A stretch of DNA of 64,000 nt from Octopus sinensis (lineage: Eukaryota): assembly GCF_006345805.1 (NCBI RefSeq), contig NC_043018.1, positions 23,560,001-23,624,000 on the forward strand. The letters are read 5' to 3'. Under the pieces are notes generated by a model. It searched no databases and was not told the origin of the DNA. It was given only the letters and a program-made list of their open reading frames with translations. Shown here one piece after another: positions 13,811 to 29,002 of the stretch (positions are counted from its first letter, which is position 1; every line of letters starts with the position of its first letter). The position numbers and the translations under genes were made by a program.

Positions 13811-14203
13811 AGGCGCAGGAGTGGCTGTGTGGTAAGTAGCTTGTTTACCAACCACATGGTTCCGGGTTCAGTCCCACTGCGTGGCACCTTGGGCAAGTGT
13901 CTTCTACTATAGCCTCGGGCCGACCAAAGCCTTGTGAGTGGATTTGGTAGACGGAAACTGAAAGAAGCCCGTCGTATATATGCATGCGTGTGTTTGTGTG
14001 TCTGTGTTTGTCCCCCTAGCATTGCTTGATAACTGATGCTGGTGTGTTTATGTCTCCATCACTTAGCGGTTCGGCAAAAGAGACCGATAGAATAAGTACT
14101 GGGCTTACAAAAGAATAAGTCCCAGGGTCGAGTTGCTCGATTAAAGGCGGTGCTCCAGCATGGCCGCAGTCAAATGACTGAAACAAGTAAAAGAGTAAAG
14201 AGT
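13811..14203 (+). mobile_element. Full-length tRNA-derived SINE, family A (CORE-like; resembles octopus OR-type SINEs)
   Basis: Head GGCGCAGGAGTGGCTGTGTGGTAAG (A box), GGTTCAGTCCC (B box), CORE-like GGCACCTTGGGCAAGTGTCTT, tail ...GACTGAAACAAGTAAAAGAG. Other copies at ~22546-22969(-), 22980-23395(-), 39820-40485(-), 46496-46860(+), 54810-55160(+), 57810-58080(-), 61043-61370(+) and 63079-63725(+). Confidence 0.85.
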
Positions 14204-15028
14204 AATAATAATGATAATAATAATATCTCTAATCACGAGCAGTAGTGGGGCAGGGAGGGTAACATAGCCATGTGTTAAGAGGAATTCTTTGGGGTTTGAA
14301 TAATTCACTTCTGGAAACATCGGTGTTTCGTTCATCATCCTTAGACAAACCTTAATTAAGGACCTTTTGAGTGAGATGGGATACTTGACCTGAAGAAAAT
14401 TCTAACTGGGTCCCACCTGCAAGGCATGCATTGATGGTATGCATTGCTCTCTCATTCAATAATAATTATTATTCTTTCTACTAAAGGCACAAGGCCTGAA
14501 ATTTGGTGGGAGGGGACTAGTTGACTACATCGACCCCAGTGTTTCACTGGTACTTAATTTATCAACCCTGAAGAGATGAAAGACAAAGCTGACCTCGGTG
14601 GAATTTGAACTTAGAATGTAAGGATGGATGAAATGCTACTAAGCATTTTACCTGGCACTCTAAAGACTGCCAGCTCACTGCCTTATTCAATAATGATGAT
14701 AATAATAATAATAACGATGATGATAATAATAATAATAATGATAATGATAATAATCATATTCACCTCAGTAATATTAATCCAGAGATTATCCACATTTAAA
14801 GAGTGGTCACAATGGTTAAGTAATTCTATCCGAATCTATTGAGTACTTAGGACAAGGTCCAGTGGTCATCAGAATATTGCAACAGGAGTCAGTTTACTAA
14901 ATTAATTCAACTGCAAGTAGAGAACTGTTTCTAATATTGATTAGTAGATAATGAGTACTTAACTGTCTAAATAGAACTTACATCTCATTAGGATGGGGAA
15001 GAGGAGAAGGAACTCCCCCCTCCTCTTG

Positions 15029-15067
<39 letters not shown>

Positions 15068-15169
15068 CTTCCTAGTAGTCTCAGATTTGCTACCAGCCAC
15101 TTTTTTTTGCTTCCAGCATCTGTACCAAAATTTTGATCATATTTAGAATTGTAATCTCTTAATCACTTG

Positions 15170-15730
15170 GATGGCCAAGTGGCGAGGGTTATTGCACTAT
15201 GATTATAAGACCTTGGTTTTGATTCCTAGACCATGCAGTATATTCTGTTCTTGAGCAGAGAATTTCATTTCTTGTTGCTCCAGTGTACTCAGCTGTGAAA
15301 GAGTTCCAGCAATAGTCGAGGAGTTAACCTTGTGACAGACTGGCATCCTAGCCAGGGAAGGAGGATTTGTAATTGCCATAGAAACTAGGTTCACCTCTAA
15401 CCTTGGGTGTTAGGGCTCATGACAGACTCAAGTCTAAGTTTAATCTCTTTGATGAAGTTTAAAAGACATAAATCTGCAAAGTTCTAAAATTTCATCTCAC
15501 TCTTAGAACTAAGTGGAGGCACACAACTTAGTGGTGGTTAAGATGTTGAGCTCATTATCGTAACGTGGTTTCAATCCTGGACTGGGCAATGCATTGTGTT
15601 CTTGAGCAAAACTCTTCATTTCATGTTGCTCCAGTCCACTCAGCCAGCAAAAATAAATAATCCTGTGACAGACTGGTCTCTTGTCCAGGGAGGAATATTT
15701 ACATAGGTCAGTGAAACCAGGAGACCAGCT
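15170..15730 (+). mobile_element. Two degenerate SINEs, family C (TGTTCTTGAGCAAGACACTT domain)
   Basis: tRNA-like head plus TTCTTGAGCA...CATTTC..GTTGCTCCAGT.CACTCAGC. Related copies at ~19620-19925 (+) and ~41225-41430 (-). Confidence 0.65.
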
Positions 15731-17009
15731 TTTACAGACTAATGGTGGACTAACCAAACAGCTAGGTCATACATAGTCACATGCATGCATTTGCAAGCAC
15801 ACACACACACACACACGTACACATGTGCACTCATACATGCAGACATTTGCCAATCCATACAGATCAACACACACACACACACTCATATTGGCAATGGTTG
15901 GTCAGTAATGGAAACCTGTACAATATCAATGGGTGTGAGGTGTGTAAATAAGTGTCTTCTTACTTGCCTAAGCTACTGATGTACAAACTTGTTTCTTGCT
16001 TTTTCCTCTTTGTCTGATGATTTGTCAATATATATCTACACACACACACACACACATATCATTGAAACTTCCAGAAACATCTTATTTATTTAACCCTAAT
16101 CCTTAACTGCAACAACAACATGGTGGTTTTTTTTTAAAGAACAAAACAAAAAAAAAAGCAAAGCGTAAATTGTTGTCGTAGGTAGAGGTTGCCATTACAG
16201 GTAAATAGGTAATGGAGTGTTGCACTTACAAGTAAGTGAATTGATGCACCTAAGCACCCACCCCCCACCTTTGTATTTAAAAATAATACACACACACACA
16301 CATATTTCAGCTAAACTACAGATTTAGCCCACTGTCCTGTATTAGCAACTTTGCATTATAATCGAAATTGTTGACATTATTGAGAATACCTGTATCAAGG
16401 GGGACGGGTGGCAGGTGGCCTGGCCCTAATATATTTTTTAGTATCAACACATTGTTAAAGAAACTCCCTATAGTATTGACAAGATTGTTAAAGAAGTGAC
16501 AACACTTGAAAAAGTAAGCAGATTGCTAAAGAGCAACTCCCCCCCATCTCCCCGATAAAGTTGAACAGATTTTTATCTTAAAGAAATTATCCCTCTTTAA
16601 AAAGTTGTTGAACAAGTTGTTAAAGAATGATTCCCACCCCCCTACTTTCAAGTTGAACAGATTGTTAAATAAAATTAAAAAAAAAACTTCTAAAATACAC
16701 AAAAAAATATTGAAGTATAAGAACATAGAATGAAGAGTGTCTGAGAGCAAAGATGAGCTCCCAAGTTCCACAAGTCAATGTCAAATTCCTCAATGGAATC
16801 ATTTCTTTTATCATTTATGCCACAGATTCCATTTGGGGGAAGGCATGAACATCATAACACCCTCCTGCCTACAACCTTCAGCCATATCTGCTTTCACTCT
16901 AAATATGAGGCCTTGTATCATCTGTGTGCGTAATTGATATTTTATCTTTTAAAATGCCTTTCTAGTTGTGACGCTGATGATGACGATGTTAGATTTATGC
17001 TACATTAAA

Positions 17010-17236
17010 ATGTTGTCAAGTCAGTTAAAACGCGAAATACAGAGCACTCACATCACATGTAGCTGAAACATATTGTCAGCCAGTTAAAGCACAAACACAG
17101 CCCTCACACTACATGTGGCTGGCATATATATATCAGCCAGTTAAAGCACAAACAAAGCCCTCATTTGACATGTAGCTGGCATATATTGTCAGCCAATTAA
17201 AACATGAGTGCAGCCACATAACATATAGCTAGCACA
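17010..17236 (+). repeat. Degenerate tandem repeat, ~55-bp unit x4
   Basis: Unit ATATTGTCAGCCAGTTAAAGCACAAACACAGCCCTCAC..ACATGTAGCTGGC. A fifth unit resumes at ~17456 after a TA-flanked insert. Confidence 0.8.
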
Positions 17237-17400
17237 TATATATATATATATATATATTATATTAAATTAGAGATAAAACCACTATTAGGCAAATCAAACA
17301 GTGAAAATCATAAGCCAATACATAGAAATAAAATTAATTAAAAAAAATATATAAAAAATATAAAATTCCAAATTAAAAAATTTTTTTAATTATTTAAATA

Positions 17401-17460
<60 letters not shown>

Positions 17461-18499
17461 CCAACCAGTTAAAACAAAAACAGTGCTTATCTCTCCCACA
17501 TGTAGCTTTGTTTTCTAGTCTCCATACACAACTTTCTAAGTTTCTGCCAATCTGACCTGAACACCTAGCAAATACCAAAACCATTCCAGGTTTGCATTTT
17601 GGAGGAAAACTTAAGGAAAGATATATCTCTTTTTCACTTTTTCATTTTTTGATGTGGTGGTGGCGATGATGATGATTGTGGTTAACACCTAGGTGGACAT
17701 GGACAGTCAATACTGAATAGTTTACAACGAATTGCGTTAGTATAGTAGAAAAGTGGAACATATTCACTATTATTATTAGTAGTAGTAGTAGTATAAATGA
17801 ATTTTGCTTTACATTCTTCTGGGATGAATAAAATAAAGTACCAGCTACTTTCCAAGATTGAACATAATCAACTATTTCCTTTCCCCTTAAGACAAATTAT
17901 TGTTGGCAATGGGAGGTCAACCTTGCCTTTCATTTTTCCATCTTTTGGTAATATTGATTTGTCGCTAGATTAATTAGAATCTAGGTGTATCAAGTATGAA
18001 GGGCACCAGAATTGGCTGGGTTCTTAGTGTTGAGCCTACAGTACATTGAAGGAACTCATAGTTATTTATTAGTAGTATATCATAAGCATGTATACACACA
18101 CACACACATCTATATATATGGATCAAAACAGTTTGCTTCAAATTTGTTGGTTCTCTTGAGTTTCAAACATAACGCTAGTTGTCAGCCATGAAATACAAGG
18201 GTACCAATGCATTTGAATCAAACTGTTTTGATCCATACATGTAACTCCCAATAAATTGGTTGAGTGCCCTTCGTTTGTCTGTCCACTCACTTGTATATGT
18301 GTGTGTTGTGTGGGCAGTTAAGGTAAATTCCTACTAGCAAATGAAACACATGTAATGATGAATAAATAATACCTAAAAATTTCCAATTTCCTGTTTAGTT
18401 ATATAAATATACATATAGACAAATACATATATATATATAGGCAGCCAATCCAACATCAAGGTGATTGATGACAAACTCAGAAGACCAGTGGATCCATGC

Positions 18500-18830
18500 C
18501 TTGCGACAGGCCTCCGTGCTGGTGGCATGTAAAAAGCATCATCCGATCATGGCCGTTGCCAGCCTCGCCTGGCCCCCATGCCAGTGGCACGTAAAAAGCA
18601 CCATCTGACCGTGGCCGTTTGCCAGCCCTGTCTGGTACCTGTGCCGGTGGCACGTTAAAAGCACCCACTACACTCACGGAGTGGTTGGCATTAGGAAAGG
18701 CATCCAGCCATAGATACATTGCCAGATCAGACTGGGCCTGGTGCAGCCTTCTGGCTTCCCAGACCCCAGTTGAACCGGCCAACCCATGCTAGCATGGAAA
18801 GCGGACGCTAAATGATCATCATCATCATCA
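18500..18830 (+). mobile_element. Non-autonomous RTE 3'-tail element with internal ~55-bp repeats (family D)
   Basis: GGTGGCACGTAAAAAGCACC repeats, then GAGTGGTTGGCATTAGGAAGGGCATCCAG...CCAACCCATGCTAGCATGGAAAGCGGACG and an (ATG)n-type tail. This is the same 3' end as the RTE LINEs at 34110 and 37670. Other copies at 33170-33650(-), 36172-36538(-), 43495-44005(+), 48960-49235(-), 51905-52135(+), 56010-56300(+) and 60549-61035(+). Confidence 0.85.
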
Positions 18831-20526
18831 CTTTAAGCTTCTGAGTTCAAATCCTAACAAGACAAACTTTGCCTTTCACCCCTCTAGGGCCAATAAAGCA
18901 GCAGGCTAGTAGTGGGATGTAATCAGCAAACCCAGCCTGTCAAAACTGCTGGCCTTCAGCCAAATTAGAAAGGATTCTTGTTTGGTGGCAATGCCTGTAG
19001 TAGAAAGGATTATTATTATTGTTAAGAGATGGCAGAATGGTTAACACGTAGGACAAAATGCTAAGGTGCATTGCTTTTAGCTTTATGTTCTGTGTTCAAA
19101 ATCTGTCAAGGTTGATTCTGCTTCCATCCTTTCAGGGTCAATGAGATAAGTACCAGTTATACACTGCAGTCAATACAATCAACAAGCTCCTCACCCCAAA
19201 ATTCCAAACCTTCTTCCTCTAGCAGAAACAATTATTATGATGAGGATGGTTAAAGGGTTGGTGAAATACATTTCTTCTGGTTCCAAGTTCAAATCTCACC
19301 AAGATCAACTAGGATCAAACCAAGCTTTGTGGGGGAGACTAAATGCATAGAAACAGTGTGTGGACGAATAGGTCTGCCAAATGGACCCTTCCTCTAATTT
19401 GAAAGGACCAGTCTTATCATACACACATGCCATCTCATGCCGATTCTGCCTGAAAATTACATTTAAGATACACATGCCTGTGGAATACTCAGCCATATTA
19501 CTCTACAATTCCCTAAGCTAGGGGTCCATTTGATCACACAACTGGAAATATTCATTCATCAGAAATTACCACCTGCCCCTCACCATGGAAGTCATAACAT
19601 ACCCACCATCTATTACTCTGAAGGCATACAGCTTAGTGATTAGGGTATTTGGTTGTGGGTTCAATCCCTGGTGAAACATTGTGTCCTTGAGCAAGACACT
19701 TTATTTCACATAGTTCCAGTCTACTCAGCTGGCAAAAAATTAGTTGCATTTGTAGCTCAAACAGCCAACCTTGTCACATTCTGCACCATGCTGAATCTAC
19801 TTGAGAACTACATTAAGGGTACACATGTCTGTGGAACGCTCAGCCACTTGCATATTAACTTCACAAGCAGGTTGCTCTGTTGATCAGATCACCTGGAATC
19901 TTCAACATCATAACTAACAGAGTGCCAGCTATCACCTGCTATTGGTCACTACTCTCATCCAACAGAGAAAACAACGAACTTCCACCATGACCACCACCAC
20001 CAGCCATCTTTATCGATTTCAGTCTCTGAAATTTCTAAACTTCAAATACTAAAATAGTTCCCATATACGTACACATGCACATTAGAACACACACACACAC
20101 ATTTATAACAAATAAAAATTTACACTTACGCACATATACACATACTCATGCATTTATGTATACACAAGAATATGTGTGTGTATGTATATATATATATATA
20201 GTCTAAGAAACTTTAAGTTGGAAAAATATGCACTCCTACATTTGTCAGTAGAGTGGATATATTAAAATATTATAGATCAATTTTAGCCAATATTACCAAT
20301 TAGTTTTGCTCTGGGTATTGGATAACCAGATATTAGATAAAAATGAAGTTAAGTAACACGTGCTCTTCAGGGATAGTAGGTATGAAAAAAAAACCTGCCA
20401 GCTCTGAAGAGCACATGTCACTACTTCACCACACTTAACTAATATCGTGTAATCTAAGACACTGTGCAAAACTAATTAGTAAGACTGGCTGAAATGGGTC
20501 TATACTAAATATTTTGATTTATATAT

Positions 20527-20618
<92 letters not shown>

Positions 20619-21081
20619 CTACACACATACGCACTCACACACATTCACTTATATAAAGTATTTAATCATGCATCAATTTAGTAAAAAATGTAGACCTCCC
20701 CTCCACCACCACAAACACATTAATACATTAATTACACTGTGTGTTGCACACCACCACCACCACCACCAATATAATAATCATATTGGGTATATATGTATAT
20801 AATAATAATAATGATATTGTTATTGTTGAATTGTTGTTATAATGCCATAGTTTAGTGATTGCTTCAAGCCAACATATTTCTGTGTCATTTGCTCTCCTCT
20901 GCCCCAGTTCACTCTCCCCCCGGCCCCGGCCCCTAACATATTCTTTTAGTCATGGGTTGAGTTGTCACTGGGCAGCAGAGAGGAGCTGGAAAAAAAAATA
21001 AAAAAGAAACCCTTCCCTCCTTAACAACAAACTAGACTAAAATGTGATATATTCTACTTTGATGGCAGCTTATTTCCCCAC

Positions 21082-21116
21082 ATACACACACACACATATA
21101 TATATATATGCACATA

Positions 21117-21158
<42 letters not shown>

Positions 21159-21270
21159 TATACACACATATATATATATATATATAACGTGTATGTATAT
21201 ATACATATACGTGTATGTATATATACATATACATATATATATATACATATACATATATATATACATATAC

Positions 21271-21367
<97 letters not shown>

Positions 21368-21397
21368 TATACATATATATATATACATATATATATA

Positions 21398-21440
<43 letters not shown>

Positions 21441-21549
21441 TATATATATATACACATACATATACACATATACATATATATATTACACATATACATATAT
21501 ATATACACACATATACATATTATATATACATATACATTATATATATATA

Positions 21550-21606
<57 letters not shown>

Positions 21607-21642
21607 TATATAATATACATATATATAATATATATATACATA

Positions 21643-21675
<33 letters not shown>

Positions 21676-21883
21676 CATATATAATATATATATATATATA
21701 TATATACCTATACATATATATATATATAACATATACATATACACATATACATATATATATATACACATATACATATATATATACAACATATACATATATA
21801 TATACACACATATACATATATATATACACACATATACATATATATATACACATATATAACATATATATATACACCATATATAT

Positions 21884-21917
<34 letters not shown>

Positions 21918-22078
21918 AATATATATATATACACATATATATATATATAATATATATATACGTATATATATATATATAAATGCATATATGCACATGTATA
22001 CATATATATATATAATATAATGCATATATTTATGTATACACATATACATACATACATACATAATATATATATATACAT
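21082..22078. repeat. ~1-kb compound (TA)/(CA)/(TACA) microsatellite
   Basis: Almost only A/T/C dinucleotide and tetranucleotide repeats. The long ORFs here (e.g. 348 aa) are YI/CI-repeat artefacts. Confidence 0.97.
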
Positions 22079-22743
22079 GTGTTACTCCTCATACATCAAT
22101 ACCTTTCATGTCATTTCCTTCCCCCCACCCCCTCACTACCATTTTTCGGACAGGAATGTGGGTAGGGGTGCAGGAACACTAATTGCTTTGCTCATATCAA
22201 GTGAATGTGAATGGGGTGGGTGGGGTGGAAGAAGTGACGTCTGTAGACTTCCAGTTATTTAGACCCATAGCACTAATAAAATAATAATAATAATAATTTC
22301 AGCATCTTGTGTTGTCATTTATAAAACTGTTGTTGTTTTTCTTATAGTGTAAAACAGAAGCGAGCTACTGCCATCTCTAGCAGACAAGGTGTCCCAGCAC
22401 TGAGAAAGGGCAGAAATAGCCCCCAAACAAGGCTGGTCTGCTGGTCCTGTCGTTAAGAGGTGGTAGGGGTTCGCTCCCCCTGTGCGCAATATATCGGATG
22501 CAGGTGTGCATCGTTAACCAGGTAGAGGAAATGACCTTTTCTCTTTTATCTCTTTTACTTGTTTCAGTCATTTGACTGCGGCCATGCTGCAGCACCGCCT
22601 TTAGTCGAGCAAATCGACCCCGGGACTTATTCTTTGTAAGGCCAGTACTTATTCTATCGGTCTCTTTTTGCCGAACCGCTAAGTGACGAGGACGTGAACA
22701 CACCAGCATCGGTTGTCAAGCAATGCTAGGGGGACAAACACAG

Positions 22744-22806
<63 letters not shown>

Positions 22807-23600
22807 TACGACAGGCTTCTTTCAGTTTCCGTCTACCAAATCCACTCACAAGGCATTGGTCGGCCCGGGGCTATAGCAGAAGACACTTGCCCAAGATGCC
22901 ACGCAGTGGGACTGAACCCGGAACCATGTGGCTGGTTAGCAAGCTACTTACCACACAGCCACTCCTGCGCTATCTTTTGTCTTTTACTTGTTTCAGTCAT
23001 TAGGCTCCGACCATGCTGGGGCACCGCCTTGAAGAACTTTTAGTCGAATGAATCGACCCCAGGACTTTTTTTAAGCTGGGCCTTATTCTATTGAATTCAT
23101 TTGCTGAACTGTTAAGTTACAGAGACGTAAACACACCATCACTGGGTGGGGAAGAAACAGGGATACAAAGACACACACACAGATATACGCATATCTATAT
23201 TATATATTGGTTGTCAAGTGATGGTGGTGGGGGACAAACAAACACAGACACACACACACACATGACAGACTTCTTTCAGTTTCCGTCCACCAAGTCCACT
23301 CACAAGACTTTGGTTGGCCCAGAGCTATAGTAGAAGTGGGACTGAACCCAGAACCATGTGGTTGGGAAGCAAGCTTCTTACCACACAGCCACACTACAAG
23401 TAATTAATGTACAATGAACTTGTTTCAATTTCCATCTATCAAATCCATTAGCAAGGCTTAGGTCGGCCCAAGGCGACAATAGAAGACATTTGCCTAAGGT
23501 GCCAGACAATAGGACTGAACCTAAGCCCATGTGGTTGGGAAGCAGACTTCTTACTAAGAAATCCTGCCTGTGCCTTATAAAATTGTTAGGATCCAGTGTA

Positions 23601-23631
<31 letters not shown>

Positions 23632-23634
23632 TAT

Positions 23635-23950
23635 GAAATACAAAATGGGACAAGAACCCAAAACATCCAGACAGTTAGGTGATACATAAAAGGGGCAACA
23701 AAGCATCCAGACAGACAAAGAAAACAAGGACGAGTCATTCGGAGTTTTCTTTCCTCAGTTGAGTTCCAGATTATCTTTGCAATTTCAGCTGGTTATACTC
23801 AAGATTGCTTCAATCTGACCAGCCCCAAGGAAAAACAAAGCTAAGAGCATTAGATTCTTTGGAAGAAGGCAGCGAATGTATACAAAAACAAGGATGGAAA
23901 AAAACAGAGAATGTTACACAAATACAAAAAAAATATTAATAACAGGACAT
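23635..23950. mobile_element. TA-flanked dispersed repeat (probable Penelope-like LTR fragment)
   Basis: ATACAAAATGGGACAAGAACGCAAAACATCCAGA...GAGATTGCTCCAATCTGGCCAGCCCCAAGGAAAAACTAAGCTAAGAGC recurs at ~36838-37140 and ~37537-37680, each next to (TA)n. The family assignment is inference. Confidence 0.6.
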
Positions 23951-23954
23951 ATCC

Positions 23955-24350
23955 AAGGGCACATTACCAGGATGGCGACAAAGTGCAGATGACTGGCTGG
24001 ATGGATCCTAAGAACATTCAGAACCAGAGATAAGGAAACCATGATGATCCTCTGACGGACATTCATCCTCAGCCACCTGGATTACTGCTCACAGCTATGG
24101 TCACCCACCAGTGTGAAATTAACAGTGGACCTTGAAGCCATCCAGAGAAGATTCACAAAGAAGATCGTCTCTTTGCAACAGCTCAGCTACTGGGAAAGGC
24201 TGAAACAGCTAAGACTCTACTCCCTGGAGAGAAGACGGGAGAGGTATGTAGTAATATATATCTGGAAGATCCTGGAAGGAATTGTGCCAAATTTTGGCAT
24301 TGCAAGCTACACCAATGCTAGAACAGGATGACACTGCTTAGTGCCAAAGA
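23955..24350 (+). mobile_element. CR1/L2-group LINE ORF2 C-terminal fragment
   Basis: LEAIQRRFTKKI..LSYWERLKQLRLYSLERRRERY is the typical post-RT C-terminus; an upstream HLDYCSQLWSP motif is in another frame. Confidence 0.85.
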
Positions 24351-24442
24351 TATGCATATATTTGTTTGTTAACAGAACCAATTGATGCCAGCTTGACAAT
24401 TCATCAAGAAACATTAAACAATTAAACAGAATCAACTAGATA

Positions 24443-25030
24443 CACATTAACAAGCAACATTTGGTCAGATGAAAGCTATGTTTTTAATAGTCCGATGACA
24501 ATACATAAAATCCGTTGAGAATGACTGGTTTTCGAATATATGAGCTGTAAAAAGCAATATTTGCGGATGTGAGTTTCCAGAGGGGTGGCCACATTAACAA
24601 GAAACATTTGGTCAGATGAAAGCTATGTTTTTAATAGTCCGATGACAATACATAAAATCCGTTGAGAATGACTGGTGTTCAAATATATGAACTGTAAAAA
24701 GCAATATTTGCGGATGTGAGTTTCCAGAGGGTGGCCACATTAACAAGCAACATTTGGTCAGATGAAAGCTATGTTTTTAATAGTCCAATGACAATACATA
24801 AAATCCGTTGAGAATGACTGGTGTTCGAATATATGAACTGTAAAAAGCAATATTTGCGGATGTGAGTTTCCAGAGGGGTGGCCACATTAACAAGCAACAT
24901 TTGGTCAGATGAAAGCTATGTTTTTAATAGTCCGATGAAAATATATAAAATCCGTTGAGAACAACTGGTTTTCGAATATATGAGCTGTAAAAAGAAATAT
25001 TTGCGGATGTGAGTTTCCAGAGGGGTGGCC
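24443..25030 (+). repeat. Tandem repeat, 147-bp unit x4
   Basis: Units start at 24443, 24590, 24736 and 24883 (CACATTAACAAGCAACATTTGGTCAGATGAAAGC...GAGGGGTGGC) and differ by only a few substitutions. Confidence 0.97.
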
Positions 25031-25775
25031 AAATATTTACATAAAAAGTCGGTTTCGAAGATTCTGAAATAAAAACAAGTGGTATGTCTCATATATACAT
25101 ATACATGTATTAAATGGAGTTCTTTTACTCCAAACATAGATGGAGTCACCTCAATTAAAGCTATGATTTTGAGAAACAAATGAGATGGTGGATGAATGCA
25201 CGTCCAAACAGCTGTTTTATGGTGAGCTTAAATAAAGGTTTAGGGACAGCATAAGGACCACCATATATATATATAAAGACTATTTGGTAACATAATGGGG
25301 TTGTACTGGAAGGGACGATTATTACTGTTGTTTAGCCCCAGGAAACATTGTTTCCATCTGGCTGTACAGCACAATATCTGTGTCCTTATGGAGCTAAACA
25401 ACAGTAACACTCGTCCCATTTAGGAATGCCACATTATGTTGGCAAATAGTCTTTACTTTAAAGAACTGTTACTGAATATTTCTCTTTGAGAGATTTAGAA
25501 ATAATTTTGTTTCTATATATATATATATATATTATACACACACACACATATATATATATATACACACATATATACACACATATATACACATATATATACA
25601 CATAACATATACACAAATATATATACACACACACACATATATATATATATATACATATATTATACACACATATATATACATACACATATAGAAACACATA
25701 TATACACATATATATATATATATATACATATATACACACATATACACCCACATATATATATTACACACACACACA

Positions 25776-25998
25776 TAGGGTGCAGCAGAAGTAACACCCT
25801 TTTTGCACTTAATAACTTTTATAGTATATAAATGTTCAGTAAATAATTTGTTATTAAACACAAATTTATTGCATCACTTAAAGAAACAAACAATAATCTA
25901 ATGAAAAAAATCGCAGAAGTTCCTGGAAATTTATTAAGTATTGTTTCATCAAAACAAAATGATTCAATATAAAAGGGCTTTACTTCTACTGCACACTG
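25776..25998. mobile_element. Tc1/mariner-type MITE
   Basis: Terminal inverted repeats (Y)AGGGTGCAGCAGAAGTAA / TTACTTCTACTGCACACTG followed by TA. Confidence 0.7.
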
Positions 25999-27091
25999 TA
26001 TATATACATATATATATACATACATATATATATATACATACATATATATACACATACATATATATACACATACATATATATACACATACATAATATACAT
26101 ATATATATATACATTATACTATACTATATACATATATATATAACATATATATATTACATACAATATATATCATACATATATATACATATAACATACATAT
26201 ACATACATATACACATACATATATATACATATACATATATATAGCCTATACATATATATACATATACATATATATACATAACATATATATGATATACATA
26301 TATACATATATATATACATATATACTATTACACATATATACATACACACATATACATACACATATATATACATACACATATATACATACACATATATATA
26401 CATACACATGATATACATACATAGATATACATACACATATATACACATACACATATATACATACACATAATACATACACATATATACATACCATATATAC
26501 ACATATATATATACTATATATAATAACACATATATAATACATATATATATATACATATATATATATATACATACATATAACATACATATATACATATATA
26601 TATATACATATATATATATACATATATATATACATATATATATACATATATATATACTATATATATACATCTATATATATATATATATACATACTATACA
26701 TACATATATACATACATACATATACATACATACATATACATACATACATATGCATACATACATATGCATACATACATATGCATACATACATATGCATACA
26801 TACATACATACATACATATGCATACATATATATGCATACAATAGATTGCATAAATATATATACATACATATATATGCTACAATATATCCATTACATATAT
26901 ATGCAACATAATATACCATACATATATATACATACATATATATTATACATACAGATATATATTACATACAATATATATATACACAACATACATATAGACA
27001 CATACAATATATAATACATACTAATAATATATAACTACATATATATACAGACATACATAATATATACATACATATATATATAAAATACATA

Positions 27092-27131
<40 letters not shown>

Positions 27132-27147
27132 CATACAATATATATAT

Positions 27148-27180
<33 letters not shown>

Positions 27181-28789
27181 AATATACATACATAATATAA
27201 TATACATACATACATATATATATATACATACTTATATATATACACATACATATATATATAACAACATACATATAATATATTATATCATACATATATATAT
27301 ATATATATACATACATATATATATATAACATACATATATATATATATACATACATATATAGGATACATACATACATAATATATATACATACATAATATAT
27401 TATACATACATATATATATATATACAGACATATATATATACATACATACATATATATATAATACATATAGTATATATATACATAATATATATATACATAC
27501 AACATATATATATACATACATATATATATATATACATACATAATATATACATACATACATATATATACTACATATAATATACTACATATATATATACATA
27601 CATATATATATTACATAATATATACATATACATATATATACATATACATATAATATATACATACATAATATATTATACATATACATATATAATATACATA
27701 CATATATACAATATTACATATATATTATACATATATAACATATACATATACATATATATACATATATATACATATAAATATATTATACATATACATATAT
27801 ATTACATACATATTATACATACATATATACATACATATATATATACATACACTATATATACATACATAATATATACATACATAATCATATATATATACAT
27901 ATAATATACATATATATATACATATATATATACATTATACATACATATATAATATATACATATACATATATAATACATATATTATATACATATTACATAT
28001 ACATATATATATACATATACATATATTATACATATACATATACATATACATATATACTACATATATATTACATATAATACATATATATATACATATATAT
28101 ACCTATATATATATAACATATCATATACATATCTACATATACATATACAATATATATATACATATATCATATATATATACATATATATATACATATATAT
28201 AACATAAATATACAATATATATACTAATATATACATATATATACATATAATATATACATATATAATACATATATTATATATACATATATATACATATATA
28301 TAATACATATATATATACACCTATATATATACCATATATTATACATATATATACACATATATATATACACATATATATATACACATATATATATACACAT
28401 ATATATACACATATATATATACATATATATACACATATATATATATACATATATATACACATATATAATATATACATATATATATACATATATATAACAT
28501 ATATATATACATATATATATAACATATACATACATACATATATACATATATACATATACATACATATACATACATATACATACATATATATATATACATA
28601 TATATATATATAACATATATCTATATACTATATACATACATATATATACATACATATACATACATATATATACATACTATACATACATATACATACATAT
28701 ATATACATATATACATACATATATATACATACATACATTAAACATATACATACATAATATACATATATTCATATATATACATACATACA

Positions 28790-28823
<34 letters not shown>
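25999..28823. repeat. ~2.8-kb compound (TA)/(TACA) microsatellite
   Basis: Low-complexity A/T/C sequence; all ORFs in it are artefacts. Confidence 0.97.
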
Positions 28824-28828
<5 letters not shown>

Positions 28829-29002
28829 GGGAAAGTTTACGAAAATAAACAAAAGACGAATGTATTAGTATAGCGCTCAGGAATAGAAATAGAAAAAGTC
28901 TTTTACGTTTCGAGCCTATGCTCTTTGACAGAAAGATACACAGAAAAAACAAGGAGAGAAACAAGGAGAGAAAAAATGCGTGTAGGAGCTAACGATCTAT
29001 CA

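Noticed and set aside
14305-14345. Minimal hammerhead (ATGATGA-AC-GAAA) on minus strand
   Set aside because: C3 is missing, stem II is absent and stem I is marginal; could be chance.
21032-22078. 348-aa ORF and other long Y/I/C/M-rich ORFs (also 26170-28964)
   Set aside because: Translations of (TA)/(CA) microsatellites, not genes.
24443-25030. CRISPR array or retrozyme tandem
   Set aside because: Units are wholly repeated with no unique spacers, the context is eukaryotic, and no complete hammerhead was found on either strand.
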